Source: Bigelowiella natans CCMP2755 (taxonomy: Eukaryota > Protista > Cercozoa). From it: a DNA stretch of 64,000 nt. The stretch spans positions 1-64,000 of the forward strand of contig ADNK01000166.1 in NCBI GenBank assembly GCA_000320545.1. Direction: 5' to 3'. A model generated the notes under the pieces. That model saw nothing but the letters and a program-made list of their open reading frames with translations. It made no database searches and had not been told where the DNA came from. The position numbers and the translations under genes were made by a program. Shown here in pieces: positions 1 to 11,974 of the stretch (position 1 is its first letter; each line of letters opens with the position of its first letter).

Positions 1-44
1 AGTATTAGTCCGGTTATATAATGAAGTATTATTTATGTATATTA

Positions 45-75
<31 letters not shown>

Positions 76-171
76 AAATATATATTATTCTGACGGCGAT
101 TGCTAGGATATCTTCCATCTCCCCCCCCTCCCTCCCCCTCCCCCACCTAAAACGTGCTTCTCCACGAACAG

Positions 172-356
172 GCACCCGCTCCGAAAAGGACTCGGCCATA
201 CAGCGTGCACAGCAAAGACAGAGGGGTACTGCCTTGAATCTCCCACCGCCAACATAAACAGCAAAACTACTCGTCAAGCACATGAAGAAGCCAAACTTAT
301 TTCAACATGAAGAATGGAAATTTTGCTGCATCGCGCAAGCACACACGCACACACAC

Positions 357-393
<37 letters not shown>

Positions 394-923
394 ACGCACA
401 ACGCACACGCACACAACACGCCCCTATGACTGTATCCCCATCCGGAAGAGAAATGGGCGCTCGCCAACCGCTTTGCGTTGCGTAGAGTTTGGTTCATAAT
501 TTCTCGTCACTCTTCATCGCTTCTTCATTCGCACACTGCAGCTGGGAAATGCTCCGCCTTGATCGTCTCGTACGGTACGCTGGCACGGGAAACTGGGCGC
601 TTCCTTCGCTTCAACTTCGTTTACATCGTTTTGAATGAAGGTTGGTGGTGGGGGGGGGGGGAGCTGCTTACATGAGTGACAACGACGACGATAACAACGA
701 GAAGGAAGGAGGAGCTATATGCTTGATTATATAATTCGATTGCAATTGATGCCATTGGTGATGGCCTTGCAGGACACGTAATCAAAAACCCGAAGTCGTC
801 AATATCAAAGCAACTAAAGACCCTTCGCTCTAAGCACAGACTTATCCTGTGAGTGGCGAGTAGTACGATATTGAGAGACGGGGAGGAGGGGGAGACTTTG
901 TCATTCTGAAAAAGACAAAGAGC

Positions 924-958
<35 letters not shown>

Positions 959-3147
959 AGCAGCAGTTGTTGTCGCTGCGGTAAACGAGTTCTTCAATTT
1001 CGATAAACATTGAGGATTCTCTTGCTTCCCGATCCGCATATTGCCCTTGTGAAACCTTTGTAAAGTGTCGTTCCGCTAAGGAAGGCGCTTGCGTCACGAG
1101 CATTCCTCCAATGAATCATCGCTATGATATAACGATGCACGCCCCTCTTCTTACCACACCGTTCAGCTCTGGAACGCCCATCCAAAACCGCGTGCTCGAC
1201 CTGTGGTCCTTGTTTGATTTCCTTATGCCGGGGTGAGTGAAGCGCCGCACCGAAAGATGATTGCAGTGGTGGTGGTGGTGAGAGCTGCTGAATAGATTCG
1301 AGGAGACAATGGCCATGCTCCTTCCCACACGATGAAGAGGCGGCGGCGCGATTTGCGCACAATGTACGGATTTCCTGCTTGCTGACTCGTTTCTTCTCCT
1401 TTCTTCTTTCCTCCTCCTCCTCCTCCTCCTTGGCGTGTTATCATTAAAGATACCTGGGCACCCAGAAGAGTTTTAACGCTCGATTTAGCAGGTAGCATGT
1501 AGTGGCAGGGGGGGGGGGGGTAACACGTGCTCTATTCCTGCATGACTCTGCACGTGCTCGGAGAGATCTTACTTTTGGAGACTCCTCCTTCATCATCATC
1601 ATCATCATCATCATTATCATCGTTATCATCTTTCCCTTTCACACAATGGGCCGGCTGCTGCCAGTTCCTCGATGCTTCTCCTCTTATTCAGATTCTTTTT
1701 TTCACACACACACACACACACACACACAGGCCAGTCCAGATGGCGGCGAAGATCGAAAGGAAAAGAAGGTAGTAGTAGTAATAGTAATCGTAGTCATAAG
1801 AGTAGCAATTTCAATCCAACACAAAAATCCAACAGCCGTGCTTCCAGCAGCAAAATAGGCTCGGCATCCTACCGAACAAACTAGCCGCACGCACTGATGC
1901 ATGCACGCATGCGCGCGGCGATGCGCTTCTCGCCGATCGGATATCTGCCCATATTTCTTGCCTCTTTTTCAACAGGGGAAAAGGAAAACTCAGCAAGCAA
2001 GAGCAGGAGACGATTAAGAAAGGTGCGTGTTATGTTCGTGTAGGCTATCATCGGCCTGCATTGCAGAGAGAAAAATACAAACATATAGACACATACCCAA
2101 CGCCTTCTCATACATAATGCACAACATATCCTGTCGCCGTGACTTCTGGCCATGGTTTGTCGACGGTACCGACGAATCCCCGCCCCCCTTGTTTAGGCTC
2201 GGAAGCGTTGATCGCGCTCAAGAGGCAGGTGGGGGGCTGGCTGGCTTGCTTGCTGCGCGGTGTTATTGGCGATGATGTTGATGCCGAGTTGGTGTGCAGT
2301 CGGAAGTTTACCCATAGTGTGTGTGTTACTACCGTTCTCCTTTCTCCTGGTGAAACCCCCCCTCCCACTTTCCCCTCTCTCTCTCTCTCCACCCTTTTTT
2401 CATGGAACCTCTGCCTTCTCCAGGTGTTGCCGTTCGTGTTGCGGCGAGTCAAAGAAGATGTCTTAAAGGTAAATCTTCTCACCAATTGTTTTTGACTGGA
2501 CCACTTACACACACAAGACGTATCAATCAATTGGTAGCGCGACGGTTTTCCTTCTCCTTCCTCCACGTTTTCTCATAGCATTGTTTCTCGATGGATTAGC
2601 TCGTGGTTCTTAACCCCCCCTTTCTCCCCCCCCCCCCCCTCTTCCCCTCTTCCTCTGTCCGTGCTCCCCTCGTAGGAGCTGCCTCCCAAGATCATACAGG
2701 ACATCTACGTCGACCCTTCTCAGCTCCAGGTACGCACGAGATGGTGATGATAATGATGACAATTCGCTGCTGCCGCCCTACGTGCGCGCGCGCAGATGGC
2801 CATTACACCAAAAATAGCTTGTCCATATATGCATTCCGAATCAATGCCTCGGCCCGCATCGCTTTGTTTGCTTCAACGAGAGAACTGAACCTCATCTCGT
2901 ATTCCATATCGGCGTTGGCCACTGCCGTATCTGTTGTCGGTATTGGCGGTGACGCTTCCTCGAAGATGGATCTGATTGAGAAGCGCAAGGTTGTTCTCGT
3001 AGTACTGAATGATTTAAATGGCGAGCATGTCTCTTGAGTCAGTCACACCACCATCACGACGTGTGTCATTGAATAATGATATCTATCAATGCTAGGCGGA
3101 ATGGGAAGAGGCCAAAGCGGCGGACGGCGATAGCGCGCAGGCAGATC

Positions 3148-3191
<44 letters not shown>

Positions 3192-4109
3192 CATAGTTGG
3201 ATATAAAGTAACACACGCGCGCGCTTCCGTCTCTCCCTCTCTGCGTTTTTTGATTGTAGGATTTACAGAAGAAGCCGCCACATGTGTTCCAATCCTTGCA
3301 ATATCTACGGTCTACTTCAGGCGGAGGGAGGGAGGGAGGGAGGGAGGGAGGGTAGGGAATCCTTTTTCTATGAACATGAGGGGTCGCAGGATGGTATTTC
3401 AAACTACAGGGGAGATTCGATATGAGAGAGAGAGTGTGTGTGTGTGTGTTTGTGTGTTTGTGTGCGGAACATTCCAGGACGCTTACAAAAGAGACACGCA
3501 CATCATCGCAGCACAGCATCTATCTACACAAGCGACGTTCCCCTTCCAACAAATGCACTTCCACTGGTTAGGCGCTTATGCACGGACCCGTCGCTTGTGC
3601 TCGGCCCTCAAGAAGAAGCAGCAGCAGGTCGTTCATACTCGTTAGTTTCGGGATCGTGCAGATGATGACGAGATGCGCGTTCCGCTCCGTTTGATTGGTT
3701 TTCTACGAACGCTGCTGAGGATGATTCTCCTTGCCACCCTGCTCTGTTAGATGCGAAGGACAGCATTGCTCATGCTCCAAAGCTTGCTGCTTTAAGGTCG
3801 CCAGGATGATAATCCCACTTGTCGCTTTAACCGCCGTGCTATCAGCTTCTACTTCTCCTCGTTCTTCTTCCTTTTTCTTCCTGATACTACTGCGACCTCA
3901 GATACTACTACTTAATGATAACTCACCACTTCGCTCTGTTTTCAGGCAGCTTTTGGTTAATTTCTGTGGAATGACGGAATCTAGCACCCAAGGTCGTCAC
4001 TCTTCCGCGAAATCAAATTTCTGATAGAAGCAATCATTTGCATCGCACGAAGAAAATCCTTCTAATTTAATTTGCAGCATGGAGGGTGTTTGTAAATTTC
4101 TTACTGAGC

Positions 4110-4142
<33 letters not shown>

Positions 4143-4882
4143 ACGCGCTTATGTGCAGAAACTGACAAATCCACAAGTATGAAAAGGAGCGGTAGTATTT
4201 CCAAGTGGGGGCAGCACAGCGGCGGGTGAGTGAAGAAGATAGAAGAATGGGGGGGGGGGGGGTAGAAGGGGATGCGTAATGATGTTGTTGGTGTCAGTTT
4301 TGTTGTTGAATTCAATTGTGGTTTTGTGGAAGAGCTGGCCTAAATCGAATTGCGCTGAGATGATAATAATCGATGACGTTATCCCGCAGCAGCAGAAGAA
4401 GCAAGCTCATTACTAGGGAGAGAGAGAACGATACACAGGCCACTGATCTTCGCACAGTTGAAAGAAACTCTCGATTTGATACAAGATAAGGTAATCATGC
4501 GTGATACATCGTCGTAACCCCCCTCATCCTCATTTGCTACCACTCAAAGGTGTTGAAACGGTACTTTCCAGAGGCCAGCTTTGTCCGAATCGATGGTTCC
4601 GTTGACCCCAGGGAGCGAGTAATTCGTGCAGCGCCATAGCAACCTGCTTTTACGACTGCTGCGGCGATGATGGCGAACCTAGTTGTCTGCTAGATGAAGG
4701 GCTATCATCCATGCCCTACGCACTCTAATATATACAGATGTGTAACACAACGTCTATTATTAAAGGTCAAGGTGGCGGAGCGCTTCAATCAGGATCCCTC
4801 TGTTGATCTGGTGTTGCTGACGACGTCTGTTGGGGGTCTTGGGCTGAATTTGCAAGGTTGTCATCATTACCACACGTAGATA

Positions 4883-4921
<39 letters not shown>

Positions 4922-5583
4922 GGAGTGCGCTGCTGCTGCTGCAACGATGGAACGTCGTCGGTGTCCATGGAAACTCCTTGTTCGTAGAATCATCCCAGGC
5001 TGAGGGGCCTTATTCTCCCTCCTCCTCATCCTCCCCCTCCTTGTTGTTCTTCTGCCCCCCCTTTATATAACCTTCTCAGGTGCTGACACAGTGATATTCA
5101 TTGAGCATGACTGGAATCCGACCAACGACCTGCAGGTAGTAGTAGTAGTAGTGGGTGGTAGTAGTAGTAGTAGTTGCATGTAGCATAAAGCAGGAGCGGC
5201 GAAGAAACAAACGTGAGGGACATTGATATTTTCACCACTGAAAGGCGATGATAATTAACAACAAGACGCAGAGATGTAGAATCTCTGTGGGGAGGAAGAA
5301 CCTGATTGTTTTCGCCCCACAGCTCATCCTCGCATGCACGATGTTGGGGTGTACTGTATCTTGAATCCCCGGCTCAGTATGTCTCCTGACTGCGGCGCAA
5401 AACTGATGTTGAGTTGTGCTTCTTTTGTGTGCCATATAACTACCGCGGAGGCTATGGATCGTGCTCATCGGATCGGGCAGAAAAAGGTAGATTAATGCTC
5501 CATCCTTGATTCATAAGGAGTGGTTCATAAGGCAGGGGGGAGGGGGGGGGGGATATTTTGGTAGTCGTGTGGAGATGAGAGGG

Positions 5584-5629
<46 letters not shown>

Positions 5630-5881
5630 ATGCCCATTTTGAGGACGCTGGCGGTGGTAATGTGCTCGTTGTTAGGTCGTCAACGTGTATAGGCTTTTGG
5701 TGCGAAATACCCTCGAAATGGACATCATGAGCTTGCAAAGGTGTGTGCAATGGCGAAGGCTTCGAATTATATGTTTATTGTGTTCTTCCGCGGATTCTTT
5801 GGGCAGTCCTGCGGCATCGTTGTTTCCGTGTCAACTCGTCTAGCGACAATGCCAAATAAAGTGTTTCATCGGAACAATCTT

Positions 5882-5919
<38 letters not shown>

Positions 5920-6550
5920 TATTTTCTGCGCGAAGTCCTCCGTCCAATAACTCGACGCATCTGCCGCAGCACAGTACTCAAGCGTGCTGCAACGAGGAGA
6001 CGAATTGTTGCAGGCGGTGTGATTGTACAATGATGTCGTCGTATCAGGTTCAAGACCTACGTCGCCAAGTCTGTGATATCGGCTAACAAGGGGGAGCTCG
6101 CAAAAGCTCAAACGGGAGAGGTAGTAGATGCCACTGCTACCCGACTACTACATCGATCACGCACCCATCTCAGGCGAACAAATAGCATGCATCGACTACT
6201 GAGAGCAGAGCCCAGCATGGCAGCTGGAACTGTAGTTGTCCGTGTGTTCAGTGGGGATCTGTCTACTAGTTTGATGGTGTTGCAGAGAAGCATTATTTTA
6301 CACGGACTCTCACCCTTAGGTGCTCGATTTGTTTCAAACCGCGGCCGACGGAGTTGAGAAGGACCATGCTAAGCAAGAGCGGAGCAAGAAAAAGGACAGC
6401 TCATCGTCATCAAAGGCGTCTTCTGGGCTTGGGAGCATGACGAACATGCTGAATAACCTGGACGAGCTTTGGGATGAAAGTCAATACGAAGACCAGTTCG
6501 ATCTGACAGCATTCTTGAAGCTCGGAGAACAAAAGAGAGGCGCTCGGTGA
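172..6550 (+). CDS. BTAF1: BTAF1/Mot1 TBP-associated Snf2-family ATPase, 3' portion (gene begins upstream of window), >20 short exons
   Basis: Phase-consistent GT-AG exons, e.g. 172-225, 542-640, 773-848, 1167-1232, 1450-1491, 2424-2468, 2676-2729, 3260-3309, 4439-4490, 4550-4618, 4766-4856, 5080-5135, 5451-5486, 5676-5740, 6048-6120, 6320-6550. They spell [105 protein letters not shown] and the Mot1-type C-terminus LDELWDESQYEDQFDL. Exons between 2730 and 3259 are not resolved. Confidence 0.92.
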
Positions 6551-7225
6551 AAAATGAGCACGAATTGTAGAATTCATTACACTTTGTCTAGTAATTCGCA
6601 CGTTAACAGGAGGGTGAACGAGCACAGAAGCTGTGAGAGAAGTATCACATGCATGTAAGTCACATGGCTATGATGACCTTGAGCGTACATACACAGCGTA
6701 TCAGGCTAATTTACAGGGACATATGTCCCTATAAATTGTATGACATGTCAATATGCACAAAAAGTTGAGTGTGCTGCTTTTGATTGCGGTGATCTGTATC
6801 CCATGTTAGCTGTTGAAATATCAAACTGTATACCTGCAGTTTTTAAGATTTCACGTAGCGATCACCCACCACCTACTATGCATGAGCTTCGCTGTGTGTA
6901 CTTATTCTGTGCATGTGACCACTGCATTAAAAAAGCAGCTAGTTGTTGAATATTATATTATATCGCATGGACTTCGCAGTCATTATGTGGTACATCACAT
7001 ATGAAGGTTGTTGTATTGCGCTATCATCACCGCCACCACATTGACCACATGTAGTCGCAACGGCATGTCGTTGTGCACTGTAGCTTCGTTCACGATTAGC
7101 TAAGTTTTATGTGCTTAGCATTTTTATGACAAAATTGGTTACATTACACGTGTTATAGCATATACGTTCATACATTAACGATGAGAGGCACATCACAACG
7201 CACCGTGTCACCAACATTGAAGTGA

Positions 7226-8201
7226 TCACAGTTCTTCATGAAGATGAAGGGTGCCATGACGGCGTCCATGTTTTCTCCGGCGCTTTCTTTTCTTACTCGT
7301 CGCTTTGGAATGACGGCAGGAAAGCTCACACAGCTGCTTCTCAGAGGAACTTCTCTCTTCCGAGTTCGACTTGTAACACCAAAGCATCATAATAAATTTC
7401 GTAAAAAATACACTCACGTTTTATAAATCAATAACATAACAATTACCCCCTTGAATTCTCGATAAAAGAATGTCGCGAACTAAATAAAAAGTGAGTATAG
7501 ACAATACTTCGTCAGAAGCATCGCATCGAAAAGGATGAAATTCTTCTCAATTGGAGGGCACATTTGGAGTGCATAAACGCTACGAGCCCACCTCCTTGTG
7601 GTGATTGTCCAGGATTGCATTGCACGCATCGGTCACAGTTTCAGTCTATAAAGCCAACATATTCAGCCAATTCTTCCCCAGGAATAAATATGGAATGTTA
7701 CCACAAATCCCGAAGGCATCCTCGTAAACCTTTCAATGTCGTAGCGACCGCTTGGGTCATCGGTGGTGTTGTTTTGAAGAATGTAATTGTGGTTTTCCTT
7801 ATCGTGAAGGAGAACAGCGTCCTTAAGCAAACTCCGTTCCAAGAAAGCTGTCGAGTGATCAATGGCACAAGCGCCATCGACAAGACTTCTGACTGCTGAC
7901 TCAGTCACTTTCAAAGGTCTCCAACCTTGCAGCTCCGTCTCTAGATGGGCTACTAGCTGCGTGCATACTGTGCACCTGCATACCGATGACAATTAGCATT
8001 CAGAATTAGGAGTTATGCTCTGCACGATGACCTAATGAGCATTGCTGCTCCATGAACGTCGTGCCCTGAAGCGTCGGACGTTTCCGCTGCTACTGCCGTG
8101 TTCAGTAAAAGGGACACCAGCATGGTGGCAAGTGCGCCCGCGCCCTTGAGCTTGAAGGTTGTAGTCTTCAATGTGATGGGACCAGCCATCATCGCGGTCA
8201 A
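7226..8201 (-). CDS. Possible multi-exon gene of unknown function (exons not resolved)
   Basis: Protein-like minus-strand segments: a hydrophobic signal-like MLVSLLLNTAVAA (8013-8201 ORF), LVAHLETELQGWRPL...RMPSGFV (7663-7992 ORF), and a plausible spliced continuation TETVTDACNAILDNHHKE bounded by AG/GT. No family recognised. Confidence 0.3.
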
Positions 8202-8569
8202 TACGCTGATAATTTCGTTGATACAAAATAATGGACTTTAACTTTCTCAAATGCTCTCTCATGCTATCTATATGCAATGTTGGGTGGACCGTCGCTCCCC
8301 CTCGTCCCTCCCTGTCGTCGCTCGGCTCTTCAGAATGTCCTCGGACGTCGGAGAAAGACTGTGGAAAATAGAGGCGGTTTTTCTCCTACGACGAGTTGAA
8401 TCGGATGGTTTCTGCCGACAAACAAGACAAATTTGTTTCGGCTGCGATGCCGTCCATCTTGGGCAGCGGCCACGCGAAAGGTCTGGATGCCGTGGCAAGG
8501 TTGGTCCTCATCGCAGTCCTTCCAGTTGCGTTGCTAGCAAAGACATGCAAGGTGGCTAATGGGTAGTGC

Positions 8570-9150
8570 TCACAAGAAGGGGCTGTCTTCAGAGTGTGAG
8601 GTGCCAAGTGTTCATGGACTGTTTTGTTTTCACGTTCCAAGAGCTAGCGTTGTTTGAACCAACGTGCGCTTGCCAAACGTGTTGAAATGCAGAGACTGTG
8701 ATGGAGACGGCATCCCAGACCCAACTTGCAAAGATGGCCAAGGTCGTTTTGGCGAAATCCAAAGCTCAAAGAATTGCGAGGATTCCTGGCCAAACGAGAA
8801 ATGCATTGCACGCACACTTGCACACTCCATGCACTGAACAGACGAGAGAAGGAACAAATCAAGTTCATGCGGCTTGTCATCACAGAGCCTGCAGCTGCAC
8901 ACTTGGATAACGATTTCGCTTGACAATCCAAATTTTCCACAGAAACAGAGGACCAGGGATTGAAGGAACACTGCAGCATGCACACTGCACACACTGCACA
9001 CTGTGCACACCGTCAGGTCACAGTGCTGTTCCACAACATGCTGCACATGCATCACATTCTTCATCTCAGCATCCCTAGATCATTTGTACGCAAAACAATG
9101 ATGTCACCAATGCATCGCATGCGCACACACACAGCTCATTTGCAATGAAA
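8570..9150. other. TpA-depleted relic sequence (probable hypermutated repeat debris)
   Basis: About 4 TpA in ~580 bp, CA/TG-rich decayed repeats (cacactgcacacactgcacactgtgcacac), and Tyr-free Cys/His-rich ORFs in several frames. Confidence 0.6.
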
Positions 9151-9428
9151 TGGAAATAGCGCTGAAGGTCAAAGAAGCGATGCATTGTTCGCTCTGGTCA
9201 AAATTTAAAGATCGAAGCTTCAATACTTCAGAAGTATCTAGGCATCGCACAGTGTGAAACGTCCATTGCAGACTGGTTTGTCTCTGTACTCATGCAAGGC
9301 ATGCTGAGTGGAGTGTGGACTAAGGCACAACGCGATTTGAGTGTAGAAAGCAACCTGACTTCCATGCGTGTATCTGCGCTAGCTAGCTAGATGCAACATG
9401 CTCATCACTGCGTCCTCTACTTGTCAGC

Positions 9429-11517
9429 CTATTTCTTGAGGCCAGGTGGTTGACACTTAAACTCCGTTTTCCCCGTCATCCAATTCTTCTTGAACCATGA
9501 GATAGTATCCTTCCAACCATCCTCAAATTTTATTAGAGGCTCATATCTGAGGGGTGTAGATAAATAAGTATACAAAACACAACCAAATGTCCAATATCTC
9601 TACCAGCACGGCATGTGACATATTTGGATACATATGCTCCCTTTCCCCAAGCCCCGTACTCTACTGTCTGTCGCTTTCTTTTTACTTTAGATCTTTCTTG
9701 GCATCAGAGATATCAAACCATCGGTGAATGGTTAGCATCTTGACCGCAAAACGATTAAGTTTCAGCTGTTTCTGGAAAGGGAAGGGGTCATGGAGTAGGG
9801 ACAAATATTAAATCAGCGAGCAGAGACGAGGGGGGAAATTGCTGAATACAATCAGTTTTGTTATGAAAGTGTGTTTTTGTGGCATTATATTGCTTATTGT
9901 CGAAGATATCGTTGCTTACTCCTGTGAAGTAGGTGATGCATTCGGATACATAGGCCGCAGTCATTAACAACCAGACCGGAAGGTGATACTATTTTTGGAC
10001 AAAGAAAAGGAAAGTGGGAGGGACATATTGTCAGAAAGGACAGAGAATAATGGGCCACCATTCAGATTTGCGGCTCTTTATCTGCTACCGAATTTCTCTC
10101 TGTTAGTCCTACCTTATCGTGTAACGACGGATAGCCTACACCAACTATCGCCTCATCGAGTCGGTCCCAGAACGACTGTGGCGCTGATGTAACAACCCCG
10201 TTCATCCATTGCATTTTTTTTGTTTTCATCGTTCATTAATTTTCAACACAGGGAATACTATCCCATCATGAATATATAGTTGTGTAAATAATGTGCACGG
10301 TCTTTCTTACGTCCATCGGTTGCGATGTAAAATCTTCCCAGAGCGGGGCTTCCCTTCTTGAGGGCCGCCTCGGCTAGAATCAATGCATGGCAGTAGTTGT
10401 CCACGTGTGTGAATGAGATCAGGTTCTTTCCCTCCCCAAATATCCTCAATCGGCCTGTTCCAGCAGCTTCAAGAAGATTGGGTAACATAAGCGGGTCTTT
10501 GGGACCGTAAACTTGATGAGGAGCGACTGCCACCTGAGAAAAGGGAAAACTCAGAAAACAATCAATTAAAAGAGAGGTTGATGAGCGAAGTTACCGTCAT
10601 AAGACGTGGAGGATCATTTGCCTTCATGCAGTATCGTTCTCCCATCGCTTTGGTGCGCGCGTATTCAGCTGTGAAGTTGCGCGGGGGTTCTCGTTCATCT
10701 GGAAACTTTAGTTCCGAGTCCCTGCCATAAGTTGGGGAGAGGAAGGTAATGTGAGTTGGATTTTGTCGCATATAGGGCAGTAAAATATACAGCGGGTAGG
10801 GGAAATAGGACTGATGGCCTTACTTCTTTCCCACAATGTCTAAATTAAGAGGATCAAAGCGCGTTGATGGAGAGGAACTCATCACGATCTTTGTAATTCC
10901 TGCAGGATTTTAATAATGATTCAGTCTCTGCACGCTGTCACTCTACATCATATCTATATGGTATGGTTTATGAGTCGAGAGAAACCGAGTTTCTTGCAGG
11001 CCTTGACTACGTTCACAGTGCCGAGATAGTTTACACGCTCGTACAGGGGATGCGGATAATAGGGCCTGAGTGAAGACGTACGCTATATTTATGATATGAA
11101 ATTTGGATGAACTACATTTCATACGACTCCATCATCTATTATCTCAGCCTAACCCGACAACTGCCGCAATGTGGAAAACCACATCGCAATCCCGAAACGC
11201 CTTTTCGACATCCTTAATTTCTGCCAGATCTCCCTATGATAGGTAGAACGCAATAAGACGCATGCTGTCTGAAATGTATGTGGCGGTAGACATCAAAGGG
11301 AAATACCTGGATGTACTCAACGGCTTTGTGCTCAATCCCATCCTTCGGCCTCGGGCGAATGTCAAACGATACCTTCGAAGAATGCACAAATCAGCATGGA
11401 TGTCAACAATCAATCACTGTTCGTCAGTCTCACCACTCGCTTTGCGCCTCGCTCGACAAGCATTTCCACCAGGCGCTGACCAACAAATCCAGTTCCTCCT
11501 GTGACGGCAGCCCTCAT
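9429..11517 (-). CDS. NSDHL: 3-beta-hydroxysteroid dehydrogenase / sterol-4-alpha-carboxylate 3-dehydrogenase (NSDHL/ERG26-like)
   Basis: Exons 11517-11434, 11372-11307, 11233-11154, 11065-10986, 10899-10824, 10721-10595, 10533-10311, 10183-10113, 9988-9920, 9765-9686, 9546-9429. Motifs: Rossmann VTGGTGFVG, VFHIAAVVG, catalytic YARTK, APHQVYGPKD, FTHVDNYCHA. An in-frame N-terminal extension (to 11616) is possible. Confidence 0.88.
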
Positions 11518-11974
11518 TTTCTGTCTCTCTTTATATTCGTCTTTCCAGGCAGGGACGAATGTATACGGGAGAGTGACGATCAACGTCGCCGACGTCGCGA
11601 TTCCACTCCCTGCCACTGCCGAGAAAGATCAGGCATTATCGGGGATTCCCTCCGGGATTCAGCTCTTGGAACAATCAGCAGGGCGATCTGATGAACAGCG
11701 AAGAGGTAAAGGACAAACTTCGTCTGATTTTGAAAGCTGAAGTGTCGATTTTCCGATGAATTAAATGCGCCTGACTTTAGAATATCGGGGTTTTAATACG
11801 AGTTTGGACGCTCCAGGAGGATCATTGAGTTGCCGTTTAATTACTTTAATTATGCCAAGATTTCGACTTTTTGGATGAAAAAGTATTGGGTTTGATATAC
11901 TTTGCCTGATTGCAAAGTTAGAGTAAATCTGATATCTGCCGCCCCACAGTCCGGTCCCCGCACTCAGCAAGAAG

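Noticed and set aside
21-499. Numerous HTHT/VCVC/YIYI/ERER/LSLS ORFs here and throughout the window
   Set aside because: Translations of intronic microsatellites.
5448-5450. GAG acceptor in BTAF1 as non-canonical splicing
   Set aside because: Still an AG acceptor; rare but ordinary.
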